Assembly: GCA_965637545.1 (NCBI GenBank)
Contig: OZ281501.1
Span: 14,508,001 to 14,572,000 of the forward strand
DNA length: 64,000 bases
Source: Phallusia mammillata
Lineage: Eukaryota
Reading direction: 5' to 3'
Numbering within the stretch: position 1 is the stretch's first letter; each line of letters starts with the position of its first letter. Below the pieces are notes generated by a model. That model had not been told where the DNA came from, made no database searches, and saw only the letters and a list, made by a program, of their open reading frames with translations. Positions 1 through 14,018 of this stretch are shown in pieces. The position numbers and the translations under genes are program-made.

Positions 1-299
1 TTTGGCCACAGAAGCTTTAATTTCTGTGGCTTTATTGTGTGATAAGGCTTAAAAGGTGACTGTGGGATTTGTGATTTAAGACGGAATTTCCATTGATTTT
101 GGGTGTGGCGATGACGTCATGGTGTGATCTCTGATTGCTTGTCAACCAAAAAAATAGGATTGACTGATGTTTATATATTGACAGTCTATTAATTGCGTAG
201 CGGCGGTTCAAACGTTTTTGCATTGCGCAAGTTTTACAAACGAATAGAAATGGATGCAAAAGGCATATGAACTGGCAGTTTCCGCGCAATATACACAAC

Positions 300-545
300 T
301 TAACCAGATATTTGTTGTTAACTTACGAAATGTAATAGTGCAGCGGAGCTAATAAATCTCCATAAAAACCTCAAGTTGATCAAGGCCACTAAATGTTTCA
401 TTGGGATAACGCCCAAGCCAGAATTCCAACAGGGATTATACCGAATCAAGTCGATCGCTTCTTTTTGCTACAAGGCGTAGGTGAGATTCGAACCACCGAC
501 AGATACCTATAGAGTGGTGTTCTACAAGTTGACCGACCCTCGCAA
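300..545 (-). mobile_element. Probable tRNA-derived SINE relic
   Basis: Minus strand contains a B-box (GGTTCGAATCTC; plus strand gagattcgaacc at ~483-494) in a degenerate tRNA-like head, followed by non-tRNA body sequence. Confidence 0.4.
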
Positions 546-3500
546 ATGCCTTTAGAAAATCCAACAGAAAATCTTACGCAAACAATAATAGTAGTTACAC
601 GAGCAAACGCTTTTCAAACTTAATTCGGCATGAAATGCACAAAGCTTTGCTAAGTGCTAGTGTTAAACGTTTAAACCACATATTTACAAAACAGAAAAAA
701 ACTCGCAGATTAGTCGTTTTACGATGTATTGGAATATCATATAAATCTATAATTATATTTTATTGCCTTATGCTATCATTGAGTTTTCAAATTACTATTT
801 GATATTGGACAGAAACTTACGGGTATCTGGTCGTAAAAAGGATTACCTCATTGCAAATTCAAGAGCAAAAGCGTGCAACGATTGACAAGAATACAAACTG
901 GTGACGCAAAACGCCAATAGCTCTTTAACAGCTTAATACTGTGAATCTTGAAAATCATCTTCAAAGTCTTATATAGTTCTGGTGCGGTTTTATAACCTTG
1001 GTGTCGCATGACAACCCATGACGCAACAAAACAAACCTCAATGACGTCATAGACGTGTTAGAAGCAGAGTCACCCCCTCAAAAACCCACGCGCCCCGGTT
1101 TTTGTTATAGGAAGCACGGAAGGGGATGTTTTTTAATCGTTTCGCCGTTTTAAAAACGCAAGTCCGCGAATGAGTTTAAATCGAAAAACAATTAAATTGA
1201 AAATAAGAGTTTAGGCGTTCTCACGGGAAAAATGAGAAAAAATGCCGTTTTCGGCTGAAGACAACCACATGAAACTGAGTTTATAGCCAGATGGTAGTGT
1301 GTGGATTTACGCGCTGCTGCTGTTTATGAAACCACATGAAAAGCGTGTCAATATGCTAAGATTAAATCTAACTCAGCTTCCAAGGGAGTGGTGTTACTCA
1401 TTGAAAAAAACCTTTTATGGTATTTGTGTGCATCTACCCAGCATGAAACCTCATCTTTATCGATCAAAAAGCCATCTAAAATGTCTGTGCTAATAATTAA
1501 ACTCCAAATATTCACAACTTTTTAGGTCCGAGATTAAGTTTTCATTAGCATATTTATCGAATAAGAAGTAAAATGAAACTGAATGTGATGAAAACATATT
1601 TTTCACACTTATTCGAACCCGCAAACAAAAAACTTTCTCTAACCGTGAATTTAGAATCTAAACTTGGAGTAAAACTAAAACGCGTGTAATGTCACAACCT
1701 AAAAAATACTGCCAGTCAACAAATTGTATGTTGCAAGCGATTTTCAGGACAATTGCGCCACGATATGTTTTGCGCTATCCCTCACGCTAACTCAGCTGAA
1801 ATGTGTAATCGAAATTGTGAACTTTAACAGAATATTCCAATTTCATGGTTGAAAAATAAAAACCACCAATGGGTTTTCCTGTTCGTTTTTTTAGGTACAA
1901 AATGTTTAGAAAATAATGACAAAGCAAAGTTCAATTGGGTTCAATTGTAAAAAAAGTAAAGTAACAGTACCGACTAGCCTACATGTAATTGAGAACTTTT
2001 TAACACGTTCGTCAGTAATGTGTTGAGTTTGCCAACTGTAACAAAACATTTTTTTGTCAGCGAAAGGATATAAAAAAATTTATGAAAGCTTAAAGGGTTC
2101 GTGCACAAAAAAAGGTCAAGAACCACTGATGTAGATGATTAAGCCGTTACTAGCGCCAATATACACCCCATACAGTTTCATATCTGATTTTTGTTGCATT
2201 TGTCTGTATAACGTTTTAAGGACAGATATAGCCAAATTTTATTGACAAGCTTTTATTTGTCCTCTTTAGCGTGAGAAATCAAGACATGCTTTAGTATGAA
2301 TCATTTCCCACTAAAATTTATAGCTAGCTCAGGGCAAGTGGGGACTTTTACACCACTATGTTTTTCACCACACCTGTGAAAAACCACACCTGTAAAAGTA
2401 AGTTTCGGGTCATAGTGGTAATCTGACCTTATTTTGACACTAGGATGAAAGTGTTTAAAGGTCTACATGCATGTTATTTGCATACTGCACTTTCAAAGGT
2501 TAAACAACAGGTAATTGTCGACAACATAATCATTAAATACTCATTTTTATCTTAACTTGCTCTAGTTTTAGGTTAGGAATTTTACACAGAGAAACTAATT
2601 TTTGCGTCGCAAAATAAAAACAGATCTACATGCTTTTACATTTGTACCATGACGCAACACAACTGTTACGTAATGATGACGTGTTACAAAACACAACTTC
2701 CTCTACTACATCTGCAGTAATTTAACAAGCAAACAACCTAACCAACGTCAATGAACAAACCTACACAAAACATATCGTGACGAGTTTAAATCAAACCACG
2801 TATACAAACGTTCACATAAGTTAAATAAATAAGCGTTCATACGCCACATAAAACATTTAGTGGTATATGACGCCTTGGTTACGTAGACGTTTAACGATGA
2901 TTATAACATGTTTTCATTTCTGTTTCCTCAGTCACTTCACGTGCCAGGTTTTGGTAATTAATAGGAGGAAAATTGACGCAAAACCACAAAGCCCACCCCA
3001 GATGTGGAAGCAATTTTGCATCGTAATTTTACAAAGTCATTGTAAACTGCGCGTACAGTAAGGCTAATTATTTTTCTTTATTCTTCTTGCTTTTTAGTGC
3101 GTTAGCAGCGCATCTTCAATGCTTTGTTTGAACTCTCAATGCCAAATTTTGGACTTTTAAGATTGTAACTTTACAACCGCGTAGGCAACACAACTGCACA
3201 CATTCAACGAAAACAATAAACTTCATTTCGAGCTGGAAACTGAACTTTGAACTCGCAGACACTGAGGCAAAAAGTTACGTCAGTTTTCTAAGGGTTAGAA
3301 ATTCACATGTTCTAAAATTGTAGTATTTGGAATCAAAATGCAGCATTTTGTCAAATATCAGGTTGCTGCTCCAATTAAGTTGGAGGAGATGTTATGAAAA
3401 TATGACGGTTTTAAGCATTTCATTTACTTCCATAACACGGTAGATATCAATGGTGTTAATATATTTTAAGCTTTCATTTAATATTTCAAAACACGATCAC

Positions 3501-6500
3501 TCGCGCCTTTGTGATTATAACAGCCGGGGGCAAGGGCCTTGACACACGCGAACAACGTACACATGATATCTGGAAAATGAAACGCACCCAATCGTAGACA
3601 TCTCTGCAGAAAGATGACGAACAGAAAACCGCAACGCTATTTCACCTTTTTCCCTTCCTACTATTTATTTCTCTCTTTTTCGCGGCGCTTGTGTCACTTA
3701 AAAGGTTGTTGCAGAGACTTGCAGGTCACAGAGCGTCTACTTCACAGGGCCTGGCATGTAGGACTTATTAGTGTATTGGTTCAACTGAAATTTTGCGTTA
3801 TATTTGTTTGTAGCATAAAACGTGCAAAACAGAGCATAATCCAAGTAACATGTTTAGCCATTTATATGTATTGGACTTAGTTAGTCAAAGGTTATTTGCA
3901 TTTAGTTTGTTTGCTACAGCGCTTGTCCCCAGGTTTATGCTGCATGTACGTACATAGAAAATGTTGTAATGTCAGAACAGAAGGTTATAAGAAACATACG
4001 AAATTTGTTGTAGGTAAACGATCGTATTTAAGCATTGCTAATGCCAAATAAGAAAAGTGTAGCAAATAAGATCCAACCGACAAGAAGCGCTTTTTTAACA
4101 CGCGTCGGTGTACAATGTGTAGTAATTTGAAGTGTTCAGCAACGTTTTAAACGCCTAAAGAATTATTTTGATTACTTCTAGCTATTTAAGGTTCGTAAAA
4201 TTGCCTTATTGCAAAACAGGGGTGCACATACAGTTACAGTTATAAGGTAAAAAAAAGTTAAGAATATGATTCCATTTTGCAAGACCTAAACGTCCATGGC
4301 GCCCGGCCTAAAGGTCCCATTTCCGGGGACAATTTCGTGAAAATAGCCCAGACACAAACACATTGCGCTCAGACGGGGGGCGAGACAGATAAATTCGCGA
4401 CCCACTGAGAAAATTGCCCCAAAATGCCGGGTTAGGGTCGGGGGCACCGTGGGGGGCAGACAGTCTTTTCCCATGGTGGGTGAAAAGAAGGATTAGCAAA
4501 CAACAGTTGTTAGGGGTGTAGTTTAGGAATTGGGTCACGAAATTGAAGGGTATTGCTTTGCTGTGCAATTTAGACAGATTGGTCTGAATGATTTGTTAAG
4601 CATAAATTTTGTTCCTCAGTTAAACCATTGTTAACGTCTTTTTCAGGCAAGAGGCAGTTTATTGCAAATAATCATAACTTGGTCTGTAGTTTTGCAGAAA
4701 CACTTGTTCAAAATTACTGTCAGGTAGCTCGTACATTGAGAATACATTTCAAAGATTTAGTTTAAAGTTTGTTGAAGAAGTATTACTGTTTCAAATGTTT
4801 TTTCGGCAATGCCCAAGGATATTTTCATAGGACAACTTAAGCATTCAAGTTATTGCAGTTCCATGTAAAATGTACTGGATGTTGTAATCAGGCGTGTTGA
4901 AACCAAGATGATGAAATCATTGGTTTTAGCTTTGCAACAATAGTTCGTCTGTACGCCAAAACACATTAGTAAGTTGCGGTCATCGACCGATATTTGCGAA
5001 AATGAGGGGCTTTCCCTCGACTAAAAACTGATCACAACAAGTTCATTGTGAAAAATCAGGCTATTTGTTAATGAGTTTTCCACCATTAGTCTCACAACAC
5101 TGAATAATTGTCTGTTTGAACAAACAAAGCAGGAGTAAACAAGAACTACTGAACGGAATACTTCACACAAGGTTTTGTTGTGTCTAAAAAGCAAAAGGTT
5201 GGAAGGAATAAGGAAAAGGTCATGTAATACCGGGCTATTTTTGAACGCTAAACCTCTACATAAAATATGTATGTTATGACCTTGTTCAGGAAATAAAAAT
5301 AGACACAGTCTACCAAGGTGATACGTAACTGTTGAAAATTGGATCTTATGATTCATTGTACAGTAACAAATCTAAGGCCTGTAGTTACACGACTAAGATC
5401 ACCCGTATTAGCCAAGAAGGGCTTTCTTACAAAATGCAATTGGTGGTCCCAAATGTCAAAAGTCACGTATACGTTGAGGCTTAACACTGTGCTTTATAGT
5501 GTGTATGTAATTTATCAATAACTTTGCAATTGTTTTGCTGGTTGGTTTCTCAACAGAATTAACATCAAATGCAAAAGCATGGCATAACTGAACCATATTA
5601 AGCTTAAGCTATTAGACGAACAAACCAGACATTGGTGGGTTCCAAGAAGGCTGCCAAAACCCAACTACTACACTCAGACAGCTTCTAATTAAGCGGTGCG
5701 ACTCGCGACCTTCTGGGGTGTAAGTGCATTGGTCTTAACCGTCACTTCTATTTTCGTTAAGGTGTCGCTGCAATTAAACTGGGTGAATAAACAAAAGCTA
5801 TTATTGCAAGCCAAAGTGTCGCAAGCGCATTAGTTTATTTGATAATTAGGTTTGGAGGACGTTAATAGATTGCATTATTGTATTCTAGACATCTGTTGTT
5901 GCGTAGAGTATGAACAATAGTTTTAAAGCTCAGTTGTAAATGTTGGTTTTAGTTTGTATTTTTGTTGTAAAGTGATTGTCCTCAATACACAGAATCTAGA
6001 ATTGAATTTGTATTTAACAGTCCATCGTCATGCAGCCTTAAAATTTTGCTGTTGTTTCGAATTTTGTTATTTGAGAGTTTATGACTTTGCAGATTTGTTT
6101 GGACAAGGTTGCATCAGTTTCGTATTTAGGAAAATGCAATAGACCAATGTGAAATAGCAAGCTTGCTAAGTTTACCAATCACGCAGTTATCTTAGAACCT
6201 ATCTTAAAATTCATATAATGAACGCACATGCTTGATACGTATAATGCACAATTTGCTAAAATGTGTTTAGAAGTTCACAAGGAAGGCCCATAGCAATTCT
6301 GCCAGGTGCAAAAAGACGTGAGTAGTTGTATGAAATCACTGCGATTTCGCAAACATTTGCAATCCAAAGTAGGTAAACAGAACTAACCCATCACCCGACA
6401 AGTGAAGCTAAACGCACGCACGAATGCACATGATACGCCTGCGCCACCGCCAGCGAAAATTGCTATCATTCTGGCATTACTGGCTGTCTGCCATAGTCGA

Positions 6501-9500
6501 CCCATGTCAAACTGCTTAGCGGTAAATCTTTAGGATTTGGCAGTTTTACCGTGAGTAAGTTTTCCCACGATCAACGTTTTTTGTTTCAAGCGTGAACACT
6601 AACTAATAGGAAATTGTAAGCGATAGTGTAAAATAAGAGCAACTATGGACTATAAATCAGGAGATTTTCACATTTTTATACCTATTTTTTCATATTTTTT
6701 AGGAGTTTAAATTAAATATTTTTTAGGAGATTTAAATGTCACTTATGGCCGAAAGAAAATGGGTACACATTAAACTTCTAATGGCAAAAATAGTCATAAA
6801 TAGTCATTTAAACAAAAACTCGGCGAAGTTATACTGTCAACATTCAAGCAAGTTCACTATTTATCAAGAGCGCATGCTCACCGTGAAAGACACGATCTAG
6901 TCTTGAATCTTATTGTAAGATAAGTGCAAGGAAATTGACTGTCATATTTAACGATAACATCAAACACGGTTCATGGATCGTAACGCACTTTTAAAAATCG
7001 CGCCATTTAGCGTTTTTCTCGATTCCGTGTAACGATACACACCAAAAGTCAATTCGCAAAGACACTGGGTATTCTTTACTCTGGAGTATACACTCTATCT
7101 GGCCCATCAGGCCCGCTGTAATGGTTGAAAGGGCCCGGGGTTTCAGTGTCTGGGGCGATTTCATCTTATCGGCTGTGATACCGAAGTGAGATTGACACGG
7201 GAATTTGCTTGTTACGTGTTGGTGCGAGGGTTGTACCAAGCAACTGGCCATCCGGTATCTTATCTACGCTGTTTACAGCTCAATTTGACGCGTGCTGCGC
7301 CTGATAACCAACTGCTGATGCAGAGTGGCGGTGTGTTGTCAGTTTACCACAGAATTGTCTCTAGCAGTAGTAAATTTGCTATGTAACGTGAAACCAGGCT
7401 TTCATTTGTATTGAAAATCGTATTTATGTAGCAAAACGCTGTAGCCGTTGGAATCCAATTAACCTTATGGCAGTGCGATCTCGCAATGTCATGTTAAGTC
7501 AGGTTCCCACAACGCTAAAGCAGTGAAAAAAGCAAAAAATGCACCCAATTTTATTTTATATTAAACGTGTATTGATTTAGTTGAAATAAGTTTATGAAGA
7601 TTTGTTTCGTTTGTTTATTACATGTATACAACTCACTTTATAGCATCCTCATCAGTTTCTTATTCAAATACAATTCCACATCAAACAGGAAAAGGATACA
7701 TATTGCATGTATCTATATCTTTACATCTCTCGTAAACATTTTCCTTCGCTGAGCCAGCAAACATCAATTTTTGCTAAGTTAGCAATCTCGCGTGATCCTC
7801 CCACAAGAGGCAAGAATCTGTCACGCAGACCTCGTTATTTACAACGATTCAACCACAACCGAATGCGGCCTGGAATCCCGACGATCTGGCCGACGTGAGG
7901 TCAAGCGCGACCAAATTTCGCACGCCTGGCATAGTTGCTGTCATTAAAATGCGTTTCCCACAAAAGGAATTATCACTTTAGCGCGTCAATATTTTGCACC
8001 TATCCCTCTGGGGAACGGGTCAAAGTTATTGCTATCGACAAGACACACCCTTGACCACGCCTCTTGTCCTGTTGCGTGTCACTTGGTAATTGGGGCTTGA
8101 CGAGGTGACACTCCGAACTGTCGCTATTTTGATACGCCTGATTAGAAGATGCGCAGTTTAAAGTTGTTTTGTAGTTACAAATTTGCAGGGCGAGAACTTT
8201 ACGGCGTCGTACTTGGATGTCCATTAGTCTTAACATACAACAACACTTAATGCGCTACTTTACAACAAGGCATGTTAAGAAACAAGGAACGTTTCTGAAC
8301 TTTTGCATCGACGCTGTTTTTGAGTCGAGTTTATTTTTTGCTTCACCATTGCATTAAATGATCATCAAGCCGGATATAGCTGCACAACGTAAAAACCTTA
8401 TGGAGCATAAAATTGTGCCCGTGCACGGACCGTGGCTAAACGCTATACCACATCTATACAATGTTGTCATCTAACGTAACTTCGTCTTTAGGTTTGGTTA
8501 AGTCATGAATTTGGCCTCTTCCAAACCATTTGAAACGAGCTGTAACGAATGGACCAGCTGGAAAAACATCTAAAATGCAGCTCTACACGTGTTGCAAACC
8601 GCTCGAAATAAGCTCGCAAGTGCACAGCGCTCCATTGCGCCACAACGTGGACAAAGTCGAACATTCTTACAGCTATTGAGAGATGAAAACACAGACTTGT
8701 TAGTTCGTTAAAAGTCGACATTCGGACAGTATGAAGTTTGGTGGCCATACATTTGAGGTGGACAGGCAATAAAGGACGGACAGTTGGGTCATCAATTCAA
8801 CGAAGTGTCATCTGGCCGTCACATACCTACTGGATATACGACAGTGGGAAATAAGCGTGGGCCGGCTGCTGGTTTTCTAACCTTATCTGTTAAGCACCAA
8901 TGTTGAAACATGCTAAGACATGTCGTCAGTTCAAAGCGGACCTGAATCTCTATTTGCTTGTGGACGGGTTGAGTTTGTTTCGCATATACCCGGCGGTCAC
9001 GTGTTAGGAGAAACGATCTTTGTCGAGTCACGTGAGTAAACCCCGAAGTTCCTATGATCGATTTTTTGGTTTCTCTCTGGAATTTCAAGTCATTATCATG
9101 TTTACAGTAGAATTCAAACAGACGCAGATCAAGAAGGAAAGTCAAGTCGGAATGTGTGCCAAGTACTGTAGTGACTTGAAGGGGTTACGTCAGGTTAAGA
9201 ATGACGTTCTTCAGGTCATGACCCCTGGCACCTTGGCAATCGTAAAGCGCATATTAAAGCTCCGTTACTGCTTGGCACTTTTACATACGCCGAATTTGAG
9301 AAACAGGAATATTTCGAATGCTTTTGCGTGGGATGAGCTTGTCTATTTTGATTCTAGCGGGTTAATAAAGGAACGGGCAAAGTTCGATAGATTTCGCCGT
9401 GATTTATCGCCATAACATCGGGCGGACGACAAATTTCGGCCTGAGCGCTGGTAATAAAGCACACGAACGCTTTTTTATTTGCTCTCGGCTCGTTTTTCGT

Positions 9501-12500
9501 GAGCAAATATTACGTGCAATACCGACGCAACGCAGAACGCTCTACTTAAGATTTTGCTATTCTGCGCCTTAACGTCGACGGCACGTTTTTAGTCGGTGCT
9601 AATATTTTAACCCAGCAGGCGGGCCTGTATTTGAACGGCAATATTTCCGTCTTTTGACAGGCTGAAGCATATGCGCCTAGAACGCTTTGAAAAGGCGTTC
9701 AGTCAAGATTAGTCAAGAAGCACAACTTTACACATCAAAAGTGCGAGTGATGTGGGTTTAAATGACTTCGTGTGATGGTGCCGATATATGTTATTTAACA
9801 ATAGATGAGTGCTTGTTCGTTAACGATTCAAGAGTAAGTAGGCGGCAAGGCTTTGTAGGAAAATGCAGGTGGGATTGCTGAACCTATCTTATGTGTTCAC
9901 GATCCTTGAAATTTATTGATTTTTGAATTATGACTTTCAAAGAGTAAGACAGTAGTCACAGCTCAGTTAAACGTTGTCAAAGCCTGGAATATGTTAGTTT
10001 TGAAAAGGAGTGTGTTTTTAAGTGTGATTAATATTAGACCTATTCGATAGGCGTGAAAAAGAAATAGAGATGCATTTAAAGCTATTCAATCCAAGAAGTA
10101 GGTTGCTTTAAGCAGTGACAGTTTGGCATTTTGAGCATGAACACCTTGTCACGAGCAGTTACCACAAAATATGGACCAAGTTATTGCGCTCTAATACAAA
10201 AACAAGCTTTTTAACATTAAAATGCATCTTTTTCAATGTGTTCGTTAGCGCAAAATAAAAACAAATAGTACGCAGCATCTCAGCATAATCAGACTCACTT
10301 TAAAAAAAACGTTGCTAAAACAATGAAAAGGCTCAACATGTGGACAGAAACTAGCGCTACGTAATGGGTCGATGTAATCTTGGCTAAAATTACCCTTGAT
10401 CAACACTTTGCCCTCAGTTGTGGCATCGTACACGCGTGGGTAATTGTGACGCTCGATTTCGGGTTGTTTGTTTTGGAGGATCGGCTCAATAACTCCAACG
10501 TTTGTGGGCTACTGACGTTCAGGGTAACGGGGTGGCTATGTTTGCACGATAAACGCAGAGATAATTGCGAGTTTCGGTACACCCGTACCTTGTCCGTATG
10601 AGTGTAACAAGCCTGTTTAACCCATCGGTTTATGCACATCAGTTTAAGCTGTGTCTGTCTGAGTTTTGGGCAAGTCTGCCAACCTGGTCATATTTTGGTC
10701 GATTATATCTTGGGAAAGAAATGATTTTATTCATTTCTAAGAATTCGCCTACAAAATTAGCTTAGCTGGGAAAGTGAAATTTACTGTGAACATTCAGTAA
10801 TCAGCTAAATACATTACTGCCCTGACATATGCAAATAAAACTATTAAAGTTTATTTAAACGAATGCATTTTTTGTCCTAAACATTGTTGTTTAATTGTTG
10901 GTAAGAAAATCACTGCAGTTCCAGATGTTTTGTTTTATGATACGTCTATGGCAGCCCTGGTTGTGGACAATGTGAAATTGAAAGTAGTTGTACAAATACA
11001 CAAAGTGATGTTTAAAATGTAAAAATGTACTGTGGATGTAAGGAAGAAGAGCTTATCAAATACATAGCAACTTAAACACTTTTATGGTGCGTCCCGCTGT
11101 AAAACGCTAATAGTCTACCCACACGTGTTCACTTCGCAACACGATAAACATTAAGAGGGAAATTAGTAGTTATTGTATTGACACATGCCAAGTACTTTAC
11201 CATACAAGGGTTGCACGCCGGCGACTTGACATTGCAAAGGAGTGTTGATAGGCTGGCGCAGCTTGGCAAAAAATATGTACATGTCCTAGCCTCCGGCGTC
11301 GGCCAGTAGACGCAAATTTGTTGGTCTGTTTAGACATTTCGACGGCTAATCACTTAGCGGTCTATTAGCTGTTAGCACGCGAGCAAAAAGTCAAAAAACG
11401 ATCTAGTTGCTTTTTGATGCTGAGTGATAAGCCGGGTTTCATTGCAACAAGGCTGTGCAGTTTTCTTGAATGTTCGCATACAGTTTTATGGCCGAATTGT
11501 AGTGGACATATTTGCAAGAGGCGTTGATAATTGTGTTTGCATTTCCGGGTTATGGGGGCTCTTAGGTAACTCACACCATCACGAGTATTACAAAAATAGC
11601 CTGGATCGCCAGCAATTGAGACAAAGCATACGACTTTGCGTAGCTAGTGTGAGATAGATGTAGTGTCCCGACGCAGTTCTAAGATAATAAAACCGCAGCA
11701 CCTGGGTTGGAGCTTGTGGGTGTGTTTAACTGCGAGGTGTCGGTCCAATAGCTGATAAAAGGCGCGTTAAGTATTTACGCAATTTCGTGTAACACTGTTT
11801 AAAAGTTGTGCAATGTTTATGATATATGCGTTTTATTTTATTGGGCTTGTTGCATGAACGAAGGTTAAAACTTGTAGGCGGGTATCGTAATCCAAAAATC
11901 TAAGTAAGTTTTAAACTTTGTCAAAAATATATCAAATTAAAAAAACATGTTGCTTTAAACCGAGTTAAAATTACTTTTTTTTTAAATCAGTTTTTTTTCG
12001 TTTCTGAACTAAACAAATAAAAACATATTAAGAGGACAACTGCGCAACTTTCGTTCGTAAACCTTCTTAAACACCTATTTGTAGACATATGCAGCATAAA
12101 TCGTGCAGCAATTCTAATAGGTTTTCTGCAAACCAAATTAGCCTAAAACTGTGGGACTTTTAGAAGTAATATCTATTTAACAGCTTGTCCGTATAATTAA
12201 CCTCTTGTAAGAACCAGGTTAATTTTGAAACGTTACGTATCGCGCTTGACAGGAAACACAGAGGTTCACGACAAAGTGTGATGCTTACGTCATAATCCTG
12301 AAAAACGTCAACACGAGCAGAAAACATTACCGCGAAATTAGTTCGATTACACTCCGAGGGCATAACATACATTGGCCCGAACCACAGAGAGCAATGTACC
12401 TGTTGAGGTAATGACTGCTCGTGCTAACGGTTTGTTTGGATTCAACTCGTGCCGTGACGTAATAATCATTGTCAAGGGGTAATTACTTAGTGGGCCGTCC

Positions 12501-12910
12501 GTGTAATAACGTGGCACGGTAAGTGAAGGGGTGGCATAGTGAAAAACGCGCTCGGTTTTGGAATAACATCTGTCTCGAATCATGTATGGGGTTCAGCTCA
12601 TATGCGCAGGCGTATAGGAGATTAGCGTAGCCATATTTTAGAAGCGACTCATTCAAGCAAGATATTCAAGTATTTGAAAACATATTGTCGGTGTTTAAAG
12701 TTTAATGCAGTTGTGAAGCATTGCTTTATGCTGATGCGCATTCGCAGATTTATAGTGTTTTATTAATCTGGTGTGCCAAGTTTTGATGTTGCAGTTTCTA
12801 TAACAGCGTGAGAGCGTGCCAGCCATGTTGCAACGGTACAAAAGACTCATAACACCTATTAATATCTTAATAGAAGATAAGTCATCGATTTAGCAGTGCG
12901 CTCAGGGCTA

Positions 12911-12932
12911 TGACGTCACGTGCACGACGTCA
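12911..12932. promoter_or_regulatory. Composite CRE/E-box palindrome cluster ~1.1 kb upstream of the Wnt10 ATG
   Basis: TGACGTCA (12911-12918) overlaps CACGTG (12917-12922) and is followed by CGACGTCA (12925-12932). Function not demonstrated. Confidence 0.35.
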
Positions 12933-14018
12933 CGATATTGTCAAGTGCTGGACGAAGTGCAGTGGTTATGACATGGTTGAGAATCTGGGTGGGAATGAAT
13001 AACTTAAAAGGTTACTGGTGCCCTGGCCTTGATCTTATATCAACATGCGTCAAACACACCCTGGTAGCTTTCTGAGCGACGAAAACTGAAACAAAGGCGT
13101 TTGAGGGTCCACTTTTATGCGTGCCAGGGCACAGAAGGTGTGGAAGTCGGAAGCTACTTTCACAAAACGGTCGCTTTGTTTTAGGCCAATGACTGTAAAA
13201 TTTGTGGTCCAGTTTTCATGGGGCTAGCTTATATAAGACCGAGGTACATAAACAGCAGGCAGTACCGAAAACCAAAAGTGAAAGAAAAAAATATATGCAC
13301 GTTTTATAATTTAGGGTACTTCCTGCTACAGTAGGAATTGGGTCAAAGTCCATACAAGGCATTTTAAGCATGTTAGCAAAGCGTGCGCTTGAAGTTTGGC
13401 AAAACGTCATTTATTGTGCGTATTCTTTTGTCGTGGTATTTGCACCGAGTATTATTAGCAAGTCGAAAGTTGAAATTGGTGTTCCCGAGTTCAATGGCAG
13501 CTTAAGGTTTATTCAAAGTTACATAGTAGATGTCGTTCACAAAACGCCGGGACGTTGTGTTCCCTCTGTTGGAATAACAGTGCTATCAGCCCCGCCGTTA
13601 CCACATGAAGAGGCGGGCTGTTTTAATGGCTCGTGCAAGGTGGCGGACAACTTTTTTGATGGACCGCCAGATAGATGGGTTATCAGTATCACCCGCTGAA
13701 ATACTTTTTAACGAGACTTTGTGAACCAAAGGCCGCTTTCCTTGCAAAAAATTTGGGTATTGGGCACAATTTATGACTTTGTTTTACATAAATTGTTTGG
13801 AAATGTTTGTTATATTTTCATGTTTGTAGGAGAACGAACACCTACAATGTTTGAGTTTGTATTTTGCCTGAAATAATATCAGTGACTTTTTGTTTTGCAG
13901 CGACATTAGCGAACTAGGACATACCTAAAGTACGACCTGTGTAAAAAAAACTGAACCTATTTATAACGTACAAACTTGGAGTATTAAACAACAAAAGATA
14001 CGTCACATTTGGATACAA

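Noticed and set aside
3601-3710. Hydrophobic stretch (TLFHLFPFLLFISLFFAALVSLK) as the Wnt10 signal-peptide exon
   Set aside because: No in-frame ATG (TAG just upstream), weak donor and 11.5 kb away. Exon 14019-14068 has an ATG, a GTAAGT donor and the right phase.
9020-9415. 131-aa ORF, the longest in the upstream region
   Set aside because: No recognisable domain or splice context; likely a chance ORF in CpG-rich non-coding DNA.
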